The position numbers and the translations under genes were made by a program. Positions 1 through 12,424 of a DNA stretch of 64,000 nt are shown one piece after another (position 1 is the first letter of the stretch; every line of letters starts with the position of its first letter). Source of the DNA: Mobula hypostoma. Lineage: Eukaryota. The notes under the pieces are model-generated. The model was given only the letters and a program-made list of their open reading frames with translations. It did not search any database and was not told where the DNA came from. The DNA lies in assembly GCF_963921235.1 (NCBI RefSeq), contig NC_086097.1, positions 71,302,001 to 71,366,000 on the forward strand, given 5' to 3'.

Positions 1-225
1 CTGCCTGTGCCACACGACAGTGAGGATAGGAATAGAATGAGATGGAGGATAAATGCATGGCTGCAGGACTGGAGCAGGGGGCAGGGATTCAGATTTTTGG
101 ATCAATGCGACTTCTTCTGGAGTAGGTGTGACCTATACAAAAAGGATGAGTTGCACTTGAATTCAAGGGGAACCAATATCCTGGCGGGGTGGTTTGCTAA
201 TGCTATTGGGGAGGGTTTAAACTAG
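1..225 (+). pseudogene. CR1 ORF1 C-terminus (SGNH esterase-like domain)
   Basis: NAWLQDWSRGQGFRFLD...LYKKDELHLNSRGTNILAG matches the DxxH block of CR1 ORF1 esterases and lies directly upstream of ORF2. Confidence 0.85.
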
Positions 226-3174
226 ATTTGCAGGAGGTTGGGAACCGAAGTGAAGAGGCAGAGTATGGGGAGACAGCTTGTAAGGAGTTTGTGAGGAAGG
301 ATAGGCTGACAATAGAGCAAAGATGCACTCAGCTCAATGGTTTGAGATATGTCTATTTTAATGCAAGGAGTATCATAAACAAGGCAGATGAACTTAGAGC
401 GTGGATCAATACGGGCATTGTGACAATGTGGCCATTACAGACACTTGGATGTCTCAGACCAGGAATGGCTGCTGAGTTTGCCAGGCTTTAGATGTTTCAA
501 GAAGAACAGAGAGGGATGCAAATGAGGTGGGAGTGTGGCATTGCTAATTAGGGATAGTATCACAGCTGCAGAAAAGGAGGAAGTCAGGGAGGGATTATCT
601 ACTGAGTCAGTGTGGGTGGAAGTCAGAAACAGGAAAGGGGCAATAACTCTACTGTTTTTTTTATAGACCACCCACTCCAGTAGTAACAGGGATATCGAGG
701 AGCAGATAGGGAGGCAGATTCTGTAACAGTGCAATAATACTACGGTTGTTGTGATGGGAGATTTTAACTTTCCTAATATTGATTGGCATCTCCTTAGCAC
801 AAGGGGTTTAGATGAGGTAGAGTTTGTTAGGTGTGTTGAGGAAGGTTTCCTGACTCAATATGTAAATCAGCCAACTGGAGCCTGTACTTGTTCTGGTATT
901 GGGAAATGAACCTGGTCAGGTTCGTTTCCGAGGTAGTGACCACAACTCTAGCTCCTTCATCATAGCGCTGGAGAGGGATAGGAGCAGACAATTTGGGAAA
1001 ACATTTAATTGGGATGGGGGAAATACGATGCTATCAGGCAGGAGCTTCTGAGCATAAAATGGGAGAAGGTGTTCTCAGTGAAATGCTCGGCAGAAATGTG
1101 GCAAATGCTTAGGGAACATGTAAATGGAGTTCTGAATACGTATGTTCTATTGAGGCAGGGAAAGGATGGTAGAGTTAAAGAAAATCTAGTTAAGGAGAAA
1201 AGGAAAGCTTATGAAAGGTTCAAGAAACTAGGTACTGTTAGAGCTCTAGAAAATTACAAGGTTGCTAGGAAGGAGTTTAAGAATGGAATTAGGAGAGCCA
1301 GAAGGGGCCATGAGAAGGTCTTGGTGAGCAGCATCAAGGAAAACTCCAAGGCATTCTACAAGTATGTGAAGAGCAAGAAGATGAGCTGTGTGAGAATAGA
1401 ACCAATCAGGTGTGATAGTGGAAACGTGTGCATGGAGCCGGAGGAGGTAGTGGAGGTACTTAATGAGTACTTTGCTTCAGTATTCATCAGGGAAAAAAGA
1501 CCTTGGCAATTGTGGGGCTGACTTACAGTGGACTGAAACACTTAAGCATATAGACATTAAGAAAGTGGATGTGCTGGAGATTTGAAAGGCATTAAGTTAG
1601 ATAAATCACTGGGACTGGATGAGCTATACCCCAGGCTACTGTGGAAAGTGAGGGAGGAGATTGCTGAGCCTCTTGCGATAATCTTTGCCTCGTCAGTAGG
1701 GTCGGGAGTAATACCAGAGGATTGGAGGGTTGCAAATTTTGTTCCCTTGTTCAAGATTGGGAGTAGAGATAACTCAGGAAATTATAGGTCAGTGAATCTG
1801 ACTTCAGAGGTGGAAACGTTGTTGGAGAAGATCCTGAGAGGCAGGATTTATGAACATTTGGAGAGACATAATCTGATTAGGGATAGTCAGTATGGTTTTG
1901 TCAAGGACAGGTTGTGCTTTTACGAGCCTGACTGTATTCTTTGAAGATGTAGCAAAACACGTTGATGAAGGTCAAGCAGTGGATGTAGTGTACATGGATT
2001 TCAATAAGGCTTTTGGTAAGGTTCTCCATGCAAGGTTCCCTCAGAAAGTAAGGAGGCATGGGATTCAAGGGCCTTGCTTTGTGGATCCAGAATTGGCTTG
2101 CCCACAGAAGGCAAAGGTTGGTTGTAGATGGTTCGTATTCTGTGTGGAGGTCAGTGACCAGTGGTGTTCTGCAGGGATCTGTTCTGGGACTCCCCTCCTT
2201 GTGATTTTTATAAATGACCTGGATGAAGTAGAAGGGTGGGTTAGTAAGTTTGCTGATGACACAAAAGTTGGGGGTGTTATGGATAGTCTGGAGGATTAGC
2301 AGAGGTTACAATGGGACATTGGTAGGATGCAGAACTGGGCTGAGAAGATGCAGATGGACTTTAAACCAGATAATTGTGAAGTGGTTCATTTTGTTAGGTC
2401 CAATTTGAAGACAGAATATAATATAAATGGTTAGACTCTTGGCAGTGTGGAAGATCTGAGAGATCTTGGGGTCCATGTGCATAGGACCCTCAAAGCTGCT
2501 GCACAGGTTGACAGTGTTGTTAAGAAGATGTATGGTGTGTTGGCATTTATCAAGCATGGGACTGAGTTCAAGGGCCGTGAGGTAATGTTACAGCTACTGT
2601 ATATAAGACCTTGGTCAGACCCCACTTGGAGTACTGTGTTCAGTTTTGGTCACATCACCACAGGAAGGATGTGGATACTATAGAGAGAGTGCAGAGTAGA
2701 TTTATAAGGACGTTATCTGGATTGGAGAGCATGCCTTATGAGAATAGGTTGAGCATACTTGGCCTTTTCTCCTTGGAGCGACAGAGGATGAGAGGTGACC
2801 CAATAGAGGTGAATAAGATGATGAGGGACATTGATCATGTGGATAGCCAGAGGTGTTTTTCCCAGGGATGAAATGGCTAACATGAGGGGGCATAGTTTGA
2901 AGGTGTTTGAAAATAGGTACCGAAGGGATGTCAGGGGTTAAATTTTTCACACAGAGAGTGGTGGGCGCGTGGAATGCACTGCCGGCGATGGTGGAAGCAG
3001 ATACAATAGGGTCTTTTAAGAGCCTCTTAAATAGGTACATGGAGCTTAGTAAAATAGAGAGTTATGCGCTAGGGAAATCCTAGGCAGTCTCTAGAGTAGG
3101 TTACATGGTCAACACAACATTGTGGGCCGAAGGGCCTGTAATGTGCTGTAAATTTCTATGTTCTATGTTCTATG
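1..3174 (+). mobile_element. CR1 LINE, decayed, cut by the window start (end of ORF1, ORF2, 3' UTR)
   Basis: Fragmented ORF2: APE endonuclease (VYFNARSIINKADEL; GDFNFP near 757-775) and RT (DVVYMDFNKAF, SKFADDTK, VRPHLEYCVQFWS). CR1 3' motif gggccgaagggcctgt and (TTCTATG)3 tail at 3154-3174. Confidence 0.95.
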
Positions 3175-4077
3175 AAACAACAACCAACGTAAAAGTGTGG
3201 TTTCCAGATGTAGTTTCTTTAGTGGCTTAATACCACAAAAAGATTTTTACAGAACAATCTGACAAACCTCTTTGTTTACTGTTAACACGAGTGATCAATA
3301 AAGGAATGGATAAAGGTTGTTCCAACACACATAAACAGTCACATTATCAAACAAAGACAGATTTGAATTATATGGTACTTCTCATGAGTTCATTGCTTTT
3401 CAAAGCATTCTAGAACCAATAAATACTTTATGAAATGTACTTTGCTAAAATTTTTCATGGCAGCTAATTTGTGCACTGCAAGCCCTCACAGACCTCCGCA
3501 TGATATTGACTCCATCCATAAGACAGAGTCATCATTTTAATATCTGTATCTGGTGCGAAGAGGTAGCTATGAAAATAATGGGTCCCCTTGGAGACTAAAA
3601 GGGTAACCTATATGTGGTGAAAGGTGATGTAGGTGAAGTCCTAAATAAATACTTCTCACCTGTATTTATCAAAGAGAAGGACACGGAAGATAATGAGACC
3701 AGGGAGGAGTACATGGATAAACTGAAGAGATAAATGTCATTTATCTCAGGTTGTAATGGAAAGGAAGGGAGGACACAGGTGAGGCTTGACAGAGATATTT
3801 CCATCTTTGTAGCCACAGGTGAGGTGCCAGAAGAGTGGAGAATATCTAATGTTTCATCTTTATTTAAGAAGGGCAGCAGTGATGTCTGGTAACTACATGC
3901 CATTGAGCATTACATTAGTGTTAGTGATAATACTGTAGAAAGTCCTGAAGGATTTTATGTTTTGAATTTATTTAAATCTTATATCCATCCCACAATGCGA
4001 GGGAGTAAAAATCTTTGCATTAAGGCTCCGTCGCAATGTACAGACACCTGCATTTCTAAGTCTAATGGCTTGTAAAT

Positions 4078-4270
4078 AATCATTCCACAGTCAAAGTCAG
4101 TTAGATCACATTTTTTCCCCATTCTGACTTTTGATTTAATTGGCAACTGAACCTCTTGACCACGTCTGCATGCGTTTATGCATTGAGTTGCTGCCACACG
4201 ATTGGCCGATTAGATATTTGCATTAACTAGCAGGCCTGCAAGGTACCTAATAAAGTGGCCATACTGAGTG
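4078..4270. mobile_element. Tc1/mariner terminal remnant
   Basis: Ends in ggtacctaataaagtggccatactgagtg, like the fish Tc1 TIR (GTACCTAATAAAGTGGCCACTGAGTG). Related TIR remnants at ~15443-15471 and ~48439-48468. Confidence 0.65.
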
Positions 4271-4558
4271 AACTGGACATGAGTGTAGGAGGTATGATCA
4301 GTAAATTTGCAGACTATACGATAGTTGATGTGGATATTGAGGAAGACTATCACAGGACATACTGGAGATCAAATGGGAAGTTGTGAGAAGCATTGGCCGA
4401 TAGAATTCAAACACAATAAGAATTAGGTGGTGCATTTTTGGAGCCAACAGAGAATGGGACATTACAGTTAATTGCTAAATGCTAAAGAAAGATGATGAAC
4501 CGAGAAACCTTAAAGCCCAAGTCCGTGGTTCCTAGAAAGTGTTAACATAGGTATGTAA

Positions 4559-5039
4559 CTCCACACAAAATGGAGGAACTCAGCAGGCCAGGCAGTGTCT
4601 ATGGAAAAGAGTGCAGTCGACGCTTTGGGCTGAGACCCTTCAGCAGGACTGGAGAAAAAAGATGAAAAGTTAATTTAAAAGCTGGGGGGAGGGGAGAGAG
4701 AAACACAAGGTGATGGGTGAAACTTGAAGGTGGGATTGGGGGGCGATGAAGTAAAGAGCTTAGAAGTTGAATGGTGAAAGAGGTGCAGGGCTGGAGAAGG
4801 GGGAGTCTGATAGGAGAGGACAAAAGGCCATAGAAGAAAGAAAAGGGGGAAGAGCACCAGAGGGAGGTGATGGGCAGGCAAGGAGATAAAGTGAGAGAGG
4901 GAAAAGGGGATGGGAAATGGTGAAGTGGGTGAGGGTGGACATTACTCTTTTCCATAGACGCTGCCTGGCCCGCTGAGTTCCTGCAGCGTTTTGTGTGTGT
5001 TGCTTGGATTTCCAGCATCCGCAGATTTCCTCTTGTTTG
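4559..5039. mobile_element. Penelope-derived non-autonomous inverted-repeat insert with degenerate hammerhead
   Basis: 4559-4612 is inverted relative to ~4945-5005. Degenerate hammerhead on the - strand at 4614-4651 (CTGCTGA...AAAG). 16-bp TSD taacataggtatgtaa (4543-4558) / taacatagatacgtaa (5040-5055). Confidence 0.85.
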
Positions 5040-5602
5040 TAACATAGATACGTAAGCAGGAAAAGAGAGCATATGGGATCTTTGCCTTCATAGGCCAGGC
5101 GTTGAATACAAAAGTAGGGACATTCTGCTGCACCTTTAACAAACACTGGCCAGGCCATAGTTGCAGTAGCATGCATGGTTCTCATTGTCACACTATTGTT
5201 AGGATGTAGTTGTGCTGGAGAGTGTGCAGCAGTGATTTGCTAACATTTTCCCTGGACTGAGGACCTTTTTATTGGGGAAAAAAGGTTGTACATTCTCAGC
5301 TTGTTTCCCCTGTAGGGAAGAAGGCTAAGTATTGACCTGACAGAGGCCTATAAAATTATGAACGACGTAGACAGGTAGATTGTCTGAATCTTTTTCACCA
5401 TTGTAGGATTATCAAAAACAAGAGGGCCTAGCTTTATGGTGAGAGTGAAGAGTGTTAAAGAGGAATTAAAGGTTCCGGTGATGTCATCGTTCAGAATGGC
5501 AGCTTAAATCAATAGCTCCTCTGGAAAAACGCATATTTTGCCCCATTAATCCATCAAATATAAGATCTTTTGAAAATATTTGAATTGATAAAGGGGGCAA
5601 GA

Positions 5603-6617
5603 ATGGTGAAAAAGAATGGAGATAAAAAAAAATTCACTGTGGAGCCTATGGAAGAGAGAGGTGCAACGAGTGGCTCTCCTGCACGTGCACGTGCGCGTGG
5701 CATTGAGGCTGACGCTGGGCCTCGTGCAGGTGAAGCAGCAAATATGATAAGGATTCTGGAATAAATAAGGGAAGTCCAAAAAGATATAAAACAGCAACTC
5801 AATGATATAAAGTCAGAGCTCGCCAACGTCAATCAGAAAATAGCCTTGGAAGAGACTCGAATTGAGAAGGTGGAATATCGCATGCAAATCATGGAACAGA
5901 TACTAAGTAAGATGATAAAAATATTAAATCTACAGGAAAGTAAATTGCTTGACCAGGAGGGAAGATTGCAACAGAAAAATGTCAGGATTTATAATGTTCC
6001 TGAAGGAGCGGAGGGATTGTCGATGATAGACTTTGTAGACAAGCTGCTGCAGGAAGCGCTGGAGATGCCCCCAACTATGGAGATTGAAATTGAGAAGGTG
6101 CATCGTTCACTCGTCCCACAGCCCTCCAGTGACAGAGAAAGTAAACCGTGCTCAATAGTACTTAGATTCCTTCGATTCAAGAGCAAGGCGGAGATTCTAC
6201 GAAGGGCCTGGGGTAAGAAGAGGTTATTTTGGAATGGGAAGTTAATATACTTCGATCATGATTACCCCTCGGTGGTCCTACAGAAATGGAAGGAATATTT
6301 CGAAGTGAAACAAATATTAGAGGAAGAAAAGATTAAATTCCAAACCCCGTACCCTGCTAAACTGAGGGTATCTTACCAAGAAGGGATGCAACTGCACCAG
6401 ACGGTAGAGGAGGTGACTACGGACGTGAACAACAGAGGACTGTCCATTAGTGTGGTCAAACCAAGGGAAAGTCTGGCTGAGCAGATATCCCAATCTGCTT
6501 GGGAAATAGTAAGAGAACCTAGAAAGCAGAGGACGGGAGCAGGACAAGAGAAGGTTATTAGGGAGAGACTGTGAGTTCTCCGAGGACAGCCCTCACCTCC
6601 TCCAGAAGAGCCATAAG
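5603..6617 (+). pseudogene. L1 ORF1 (coiled coil, RRM, CTD) with in-frame stops at 5762 and 6572
   Basis: Track ORFs 5570-5764 and 5846-6574 share a frame. Motifs QKNVRIYNVPEGAE, EIEKVHR, IYFDHDY and PYPAKLRV are typical of L1 ORF1p. Confidence 0.9.
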
Positions 6618-7071
6618 GTTTGGCTAACTTTAAAAGTGCTGATAAACTAAATGGAGGCAAAAATAGATGGTGATATACCTATCTCGAGAAATACGTATTA
6701 TAATGTGGATTTTATATTTCTCAATTTTTAAAAATTCATTTATTCATTCCTTCTTCCCCACCTAAATGAGAATATGTACATGAGAGGAATACACAGGGAA
6801 ATCATTTCTGTGTAATGGACAGATTTTTATTTTACTTACTTTTATAGGTACAGCAACGGGGGCCCTCAACTCACAGGTAGGAGGGGCTATCCCCCACGGC
6901 TAGACTTTTCTTCTAGCTCAACCCAGGGTCATCTAGAGACCCCAGCCCTGGAATCACACCTTCGCTACCTTTTTTTTATTATTCGCATTTCTTGGCTCTT
7001 ATTTGTTCAGGGAATAGATCAATTAAGTTATATTCTGCAAATTTCAATGATATACTAGCAGATAAATATAC

Positions 7072-10000
7072 ATGGATAAGGACAAAGTAAAATTCATTTC
7101 TTTTAATGTCAATGGGCTGTTGAATTCAGTCAAGTGCAGTAAAATTCTATCAAAATTGAAAAAAGAACAAGCCCATGTAGTATATTTACAGGAAACTCAC
7201 TTAAGTGATAATGAGCATGGAAAATTAAAGAGAGTGGGCTTCACTAAGTCGTTATTCTCCTCATATAAATCAGGACATAGAAGAGGAATTGCTATTCTCA
7301 TCTCAAGCAAGCTAAATTTTGAAAAAGTATTCAAAATGGGAGATAAGGAGGGCAGATATATTCTGGTAAGGGGGAATATAGATGGAAATCCAGTTACTTT
7401 ATTAAACATATATGCACCCCCAGGAAGTGATATTAGTTTCTTCCAGAAAATTACTAATATTATGGTAACGGAAACAGAAGATCTCTTGATATGTGGGGGA
7501 GACTTAAATTTACAATTACAACCAAAGTTAGACTCTTCCAATAGAAAAACTTATGAAACAAAGTCCTTACATAAGAAAGTTAACACTCTTTTTGAGGCTG
7601 TTGGTCTAATTGATATATGGAGGGACCTTTTTCCCAACAGAAGGAATTACATTCATTATTCTGCCCCCAATTCCGTATATACAAGAATAGACTATTTCAT
7701 AACATTTGGAAAAGATAGAGCCAAATAATCACCTGAGGAATTGGGACAATAGATGTAAGTGACCATGCACCTATATATTTATCTGTTGATTTTGACCTAC
7801 AACCAAAGAATACTACTTGGAAACTAAATTCAAGTCTACTCAATGATCCCTATTTTAAGGAACAAATTAAAAAAGAAATCGGTCTTTGCTTAGAATTCAA
7901 TGATAATGAAGAGGTTTCACCTCCCATTCTATAGGATACTCTGAAGGCTGTCTTAAGAGGGAAAATTATAGCGATATAGAAAAAAATAAGGAATAAAACA
8001 TTAGAGGAATTACAAAATAAGCTGAAGGAACTAGAAAAAAACACAAATTGAGTTTGGCACAGGATACACTAGAGGAAATTTAAAAAAATTAGGAATGAAA
8101 TTAATAGTTTGGCTACACAAGAAATTAGAAAAAATTAATGTTTCTAAAGTAAAGGCACTATGAAAGTGAATCTAAATCTATGAAAATACTAGCCTGGAAA
8201 CTGAAAAAAAAGATGGCGGAAAGTACAATTCATAGAGTAAGGGATCCAAGAACAAAAGTGATATAAAATAAACTAAGTGAAATTCAAGAAGCTTTTGAAA
8301 TGTTTTACAAAACTCTATATTCCGAAGTTCCGGGGGAAGCATAACCCAAACTGACACCTTTCTGAATTCTTTAGAGTTACTCACTTTAAGCAAAGAGCAA
8401 AATAGAACGATGACTGCTGGCATAACTGAAGCTGGTCTAAAAACTGCAATTAGTAGACTTAAATTAAGCAAGTCACCAAGATCAGATGGATATACAGCAG
8501 AGTGGTACAAAGAGTTTAGAAGTGAATTAATTCCTGTTTTACCCCCACACTGAACTGAGCCCTAAGGAAGGCGCAAATGCCACCCAGCTGGAAGGAGGCG
8601 ATAATCTCAGCTGTACTGAAAGAAGGCAAGGATAAAATGGAATGTGGGTCATTTAGACCAATATCTGTTCTTAATGTGGATTATAGAATATTTACCTTCA
8701 TCATGGCCAAATGATTAGAAGAGTTTCTACCCACACTGATACATAATGATCAGACAGGTTTTATACGACAACGCCAAACACAAGACAATATACGAAGGAC
8801 ACTTAACATTATGGATCATATAAAAAAAATGAAATTGAAGCAATAGTGATAAGCGTGGACGCTGAAAAGGCATTTGATTTGGTTAATTGGAATTTTCTTT
8901 ACAGAGTTTTACATAGATTTGGTCTACATGACACAATTATTAAAACTATACAGGCACTATATGGCAATCCTACTGCCAGGATTAAAATCAATGGATATTT
9001 ATCTAATAGTTTTACCCTAGAAAGGGACACAAGACAAGGTTGTGCATGGTCACCGTACTCTTTGCATTATATCTGGAACCATTAGCTCAGTACATCAGAC
9101 AAAATGAAGATATCAGGGGAATTACTATTAAAGGGACAGAGCATAAGTTGGCCTGTTACGCGGATGACATTTTGATTTATCTCGGGCAACCAATATACTC
9201 TTTACCTAAATTGATGCAATCCTTTGAACAAAATGACCAATTATCAAGATACAAGATCAACATAGGTAAAACCCAACTACTTTTATATAGCTATAGCCCA
9301 CCAAGAGAAATTGAAAGTAGATATCCTTGGGCATAGCAAACAGAGTCCATCAAATATCAATTATCAGCCTATATATAAAAAAATTAAGGAAGATATAACA
9401 AGATGTAACCTAATTCCTTTTCTTGGTCTTAGTTGAAGGATTGAATCTATTAAAATGAATGTACTGCCCAGACTACTATATCTCTTTCAGACCTTACCAG
9501 TAGGGATTAACCAAAATCAATTCAATGAATAGAACAACATGCTATCAAGATATATATGGCAAGGTAAAAGGCCTAGGGTTCATCTCAAAACTTTGCAATT
9601 AGCCAAGGAAAAGGGGGGATGGGGCCTACCTTCTCTTAGAGATTATTACTTTGCAACACAATTGAGAGCTGTGATATGCTGGTATGCTGGTGCAACTCAT
9701 CATGTGATGCACAATGGAAAAACATTGAGGAGAGGATATTTTCCATCCCCATACAGGCAATTTTGGCTGATAACAACCTACAAAGTTACATAAATAATAT
9801 TGACAACCTGTGGATGAAATGGACTCTTAAAATATGGAAGACTATTATAAAAGAATATAAACTAGAGAGAGACATTGCAGTTCTTAAATGGTGTGCATAA
9901 GACACGGATTTTACGTTGAATAAACTGGATGCTAGATTTAAGGACTGGACAGCTAAAGGAACAACAGCTATTCGCAATATAATGAAAGAAGGAACACTGT

Positions 10001-10830
10001 TCAGTTTTGAAATGCTCAAAGAGAAACACTTATTAGAAAAACAAGACTTTTACTGGTATTTACAGATGCGACAGTATGTTAATAGGACGGTTAAAAATGT
10101 AATCAAGGCAAGTACATGTCTGATAGAGCTACTTAGAAAAGCATATAATTCAGACAACGGTAGTAGAATAATTTCAAGCGTGTATAAGGGTTTGTCAAAA
10201 CACATTCGACTTTATACATTAAAACAAAATGGGAGAAGGAAGGAGGGATAATAATATCTGAGGAAGACTGGACAATAATATGGAGGTATCAATGGAAGTG
10301 TACCAGTTCACAGAAATGGAGGGAGTTCAGGTGGAAAAACTTGATAAGATATTTTCTTACACCCTCTCAGAAATCCCATTATGATAGTACCCCCCCACTT
10401 GATGGAGAAATGGCGGAAATCAAAATGCAAACCATTATCATATTTTCTGGGAATGCCCTGTTATCAAAGACTATTGGAGTGGGATACATAATGCCCTACA
10501 AGACATCTTTAAATGTGAAATACCCATAGAGAGTAAGACCATATATTTTGGGTATATACCTCAAGAATGGTTGAAAAGAGATAAATATTTAATGAATGTA
10601 CTGCTGATGGCTGGTAAAAAGGCCCTTACCAGGAAATGGTTATCACAGGAGAGCCCAACTTTAAATGTATGGATGGAAATTACAATGGAAATTTACAAAA
10701 TGGAGAAGATAGCAGCATCTGTTAATCATAAGTTGGAACAGTTTTATTTATACTGGAAAATATGGTTGAACTACATAACACCTCATAGGCCTGATTTTAT
10801 TCTCACAAGTCAATGGATATGTTGTAAAGA
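7072..10830 (+). pseudogene. L1 ORF2 (APE endonuclease, RT, Cys-rich C-terminus) with many stops and frameshifts
   Basis: [46 protein letters not shown] at 9157-9168; GGWGLPSL; decayed HIFWECP near 10440. Confidence 0.93.
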
Positions 10831-11229
10831 AAAATCACTCCCTACTCTGTACATAGTTTTCTTCTTTCAATTGTTCTTTCTTTCCTCTCCTTTCTATAAG
10901 TGTATACCTCAGATAAATATTATGTGGAGATTTGTGACAAATATGATTATATGATATATATGTACAGTATCTGAAATACATCTTATGAAAATGTTTGTTT
11001 GATGATAAAATACAATAAAAAATAAATTACAAAGAAAATTAAAGAGGAATTAAGGGGAAAATGGTTATGGCTCATATCTCTAATGCACTGCCAGAGTAGG
11101 TGGTGGAATTAGATACAGAATTAGTTTAAAAGGCACTTAGACGGACACTTAAATAGGTAAACATAGAGGGATATAGGCCTAATGTGGGAAAATAGGGCAA
11201 GAATTTGGGGGAAAAAGGTTGACATAGAT

Positions 11230-12424
11230 CAGCGGTCCCCAATGACCGGGCCGCAAAGCATGTGCTACTGGGCCATGAGGAAACAATATGATTTGGCGAT
11301 ATGAGTCAACTGCATCTTTCCTCATTCCCTGTCACGCCCACTGTTGGAACTTGAACGTATGCGCAGTCATTACCCGCGCGTCATCCGTGTCAGGGCGGGA
11401 AGAAGCTCAACTCCTCGAGCTGGCAAATGACAACGAGCTGAAAAGTATGTTTGACATAACATCTCTGCCGGCATTCTGGGTCAAAGTCAAGGCTAAATAC
11501 CCTGAGATAGCCACGAAAGCACTGAAAACGTTGCTTCCATTTCCAACATTTTTCTGCGAAGTGGGGTTTTCTGCTATGAATACAACGAAAACGAAATTGC
11601 GGAATAGACTGGACATAAGCAACCCCCTTCGAGTATTGCTGTCTCCCATCACCCCTCAATAGGACTGTGTTGTTGCAGGAAAACAAGCCCAGGGTTCCCA
11701 CTGATTCAGCGATATTGAGGAATTGCAATGATTTTATATGTCATACGGGGAAAATATCTGCTGTGTGTTTAATATCCAAACGTTACTTAAAATGTTATGA
11801 TGCTATTGACTTACTTGTATAACCATATAACAATTACAGCACGGAAACAGGCCATCTTTGCCCTTCTAGTCCATGCCGAACACTACTCTCACCTAGTCCC
11901 ACCGACCTGCACTCAGCCCATAACACTCCATTCCTTTCCTGTCGATATACCTATCCAATTTTTCTTTTAGTGATAATATCGATCCTGCCTCTACCACTTC
12001 TACTGGAAGTTCGTTCAACACTTACTTCAAGCTCCCCTGATAATTGACTTATCACTATATTCCTGCGAGGAAAATATGCGTAGTGTGTTTAATATTAAAT
12101 TCATTAGATAAACCCTTTTAGAAATGAAATTGAGTGTATTAGCCATTTATCACCTATATTCCGGTCGTGATTAACACTTCCCTCCACCTCCCCCCCGGAC
12201 AGAATCGCCAAAAATGATATGCAGGGAGAAAAAAATCGGCAGGTACACACATGCGCACTGGCGCCCACGTAAGGCTTCATGGTCATTGTAGTCTTTTTGG
12301 GTATACACAACGTATTTGACTGCTACTCTTGTCCGTTGGCAACCCTACTCATCCACACCCCACCCCACCCCCCCCCACCCCCCGGTCGGCCGGTCCGCAG
12401 TGCAAAAAAGGTTGGGGACCCCTG
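11230..12424 (+). mobile_element. hAT (Charlie/Buster-type) internally deleted DNA transposon
   Basis: TIRs cagcggtccccaa / ttggggacccctg (12 of 13 match). Perfect 8-bp TSD ACATAGAT (11222-11229, 12425-12432). hAT C-terminal dimerisation remnant FWVKVKAKYPEIATKALKTLLPFPT..CEVGFS..KTKLRNRL at ~11400-11660. Confidence 0.93.
11817..12019 (-). mobile_element. 5'-truncated CR1 3' end inserted in the hAT element
   Basis: The reverse strand reads ...ggcctgtttccgtgctgtaattgttatatggtt (CR1 tail). 8-bp direct repeat ACTTACTT at 11809-11816 and 12020-12027. Confidence 0.8.

Larger units (their letters stand above)
5473..11040 (+). mobile_element. Full-length L1 (LINE-1 clade) retrotransposon, inactivated
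   Basis: 5' UTR, ORF1, ~450-bp spacer, ORF2, AATAAA at 11014 and 11021, A-rich tail. TSD ttaaagaggaattaa at 5455-5469 and 11039-11053 with a TT/AAAG L1-endonuclease-type target. Confidence 0.95.

Noticed and set aside
11288..11662. ZBED/SCAND3-like host gene
   Set aside because: Only a C-terminal transposase stub, lying between TIRs and a TSD.
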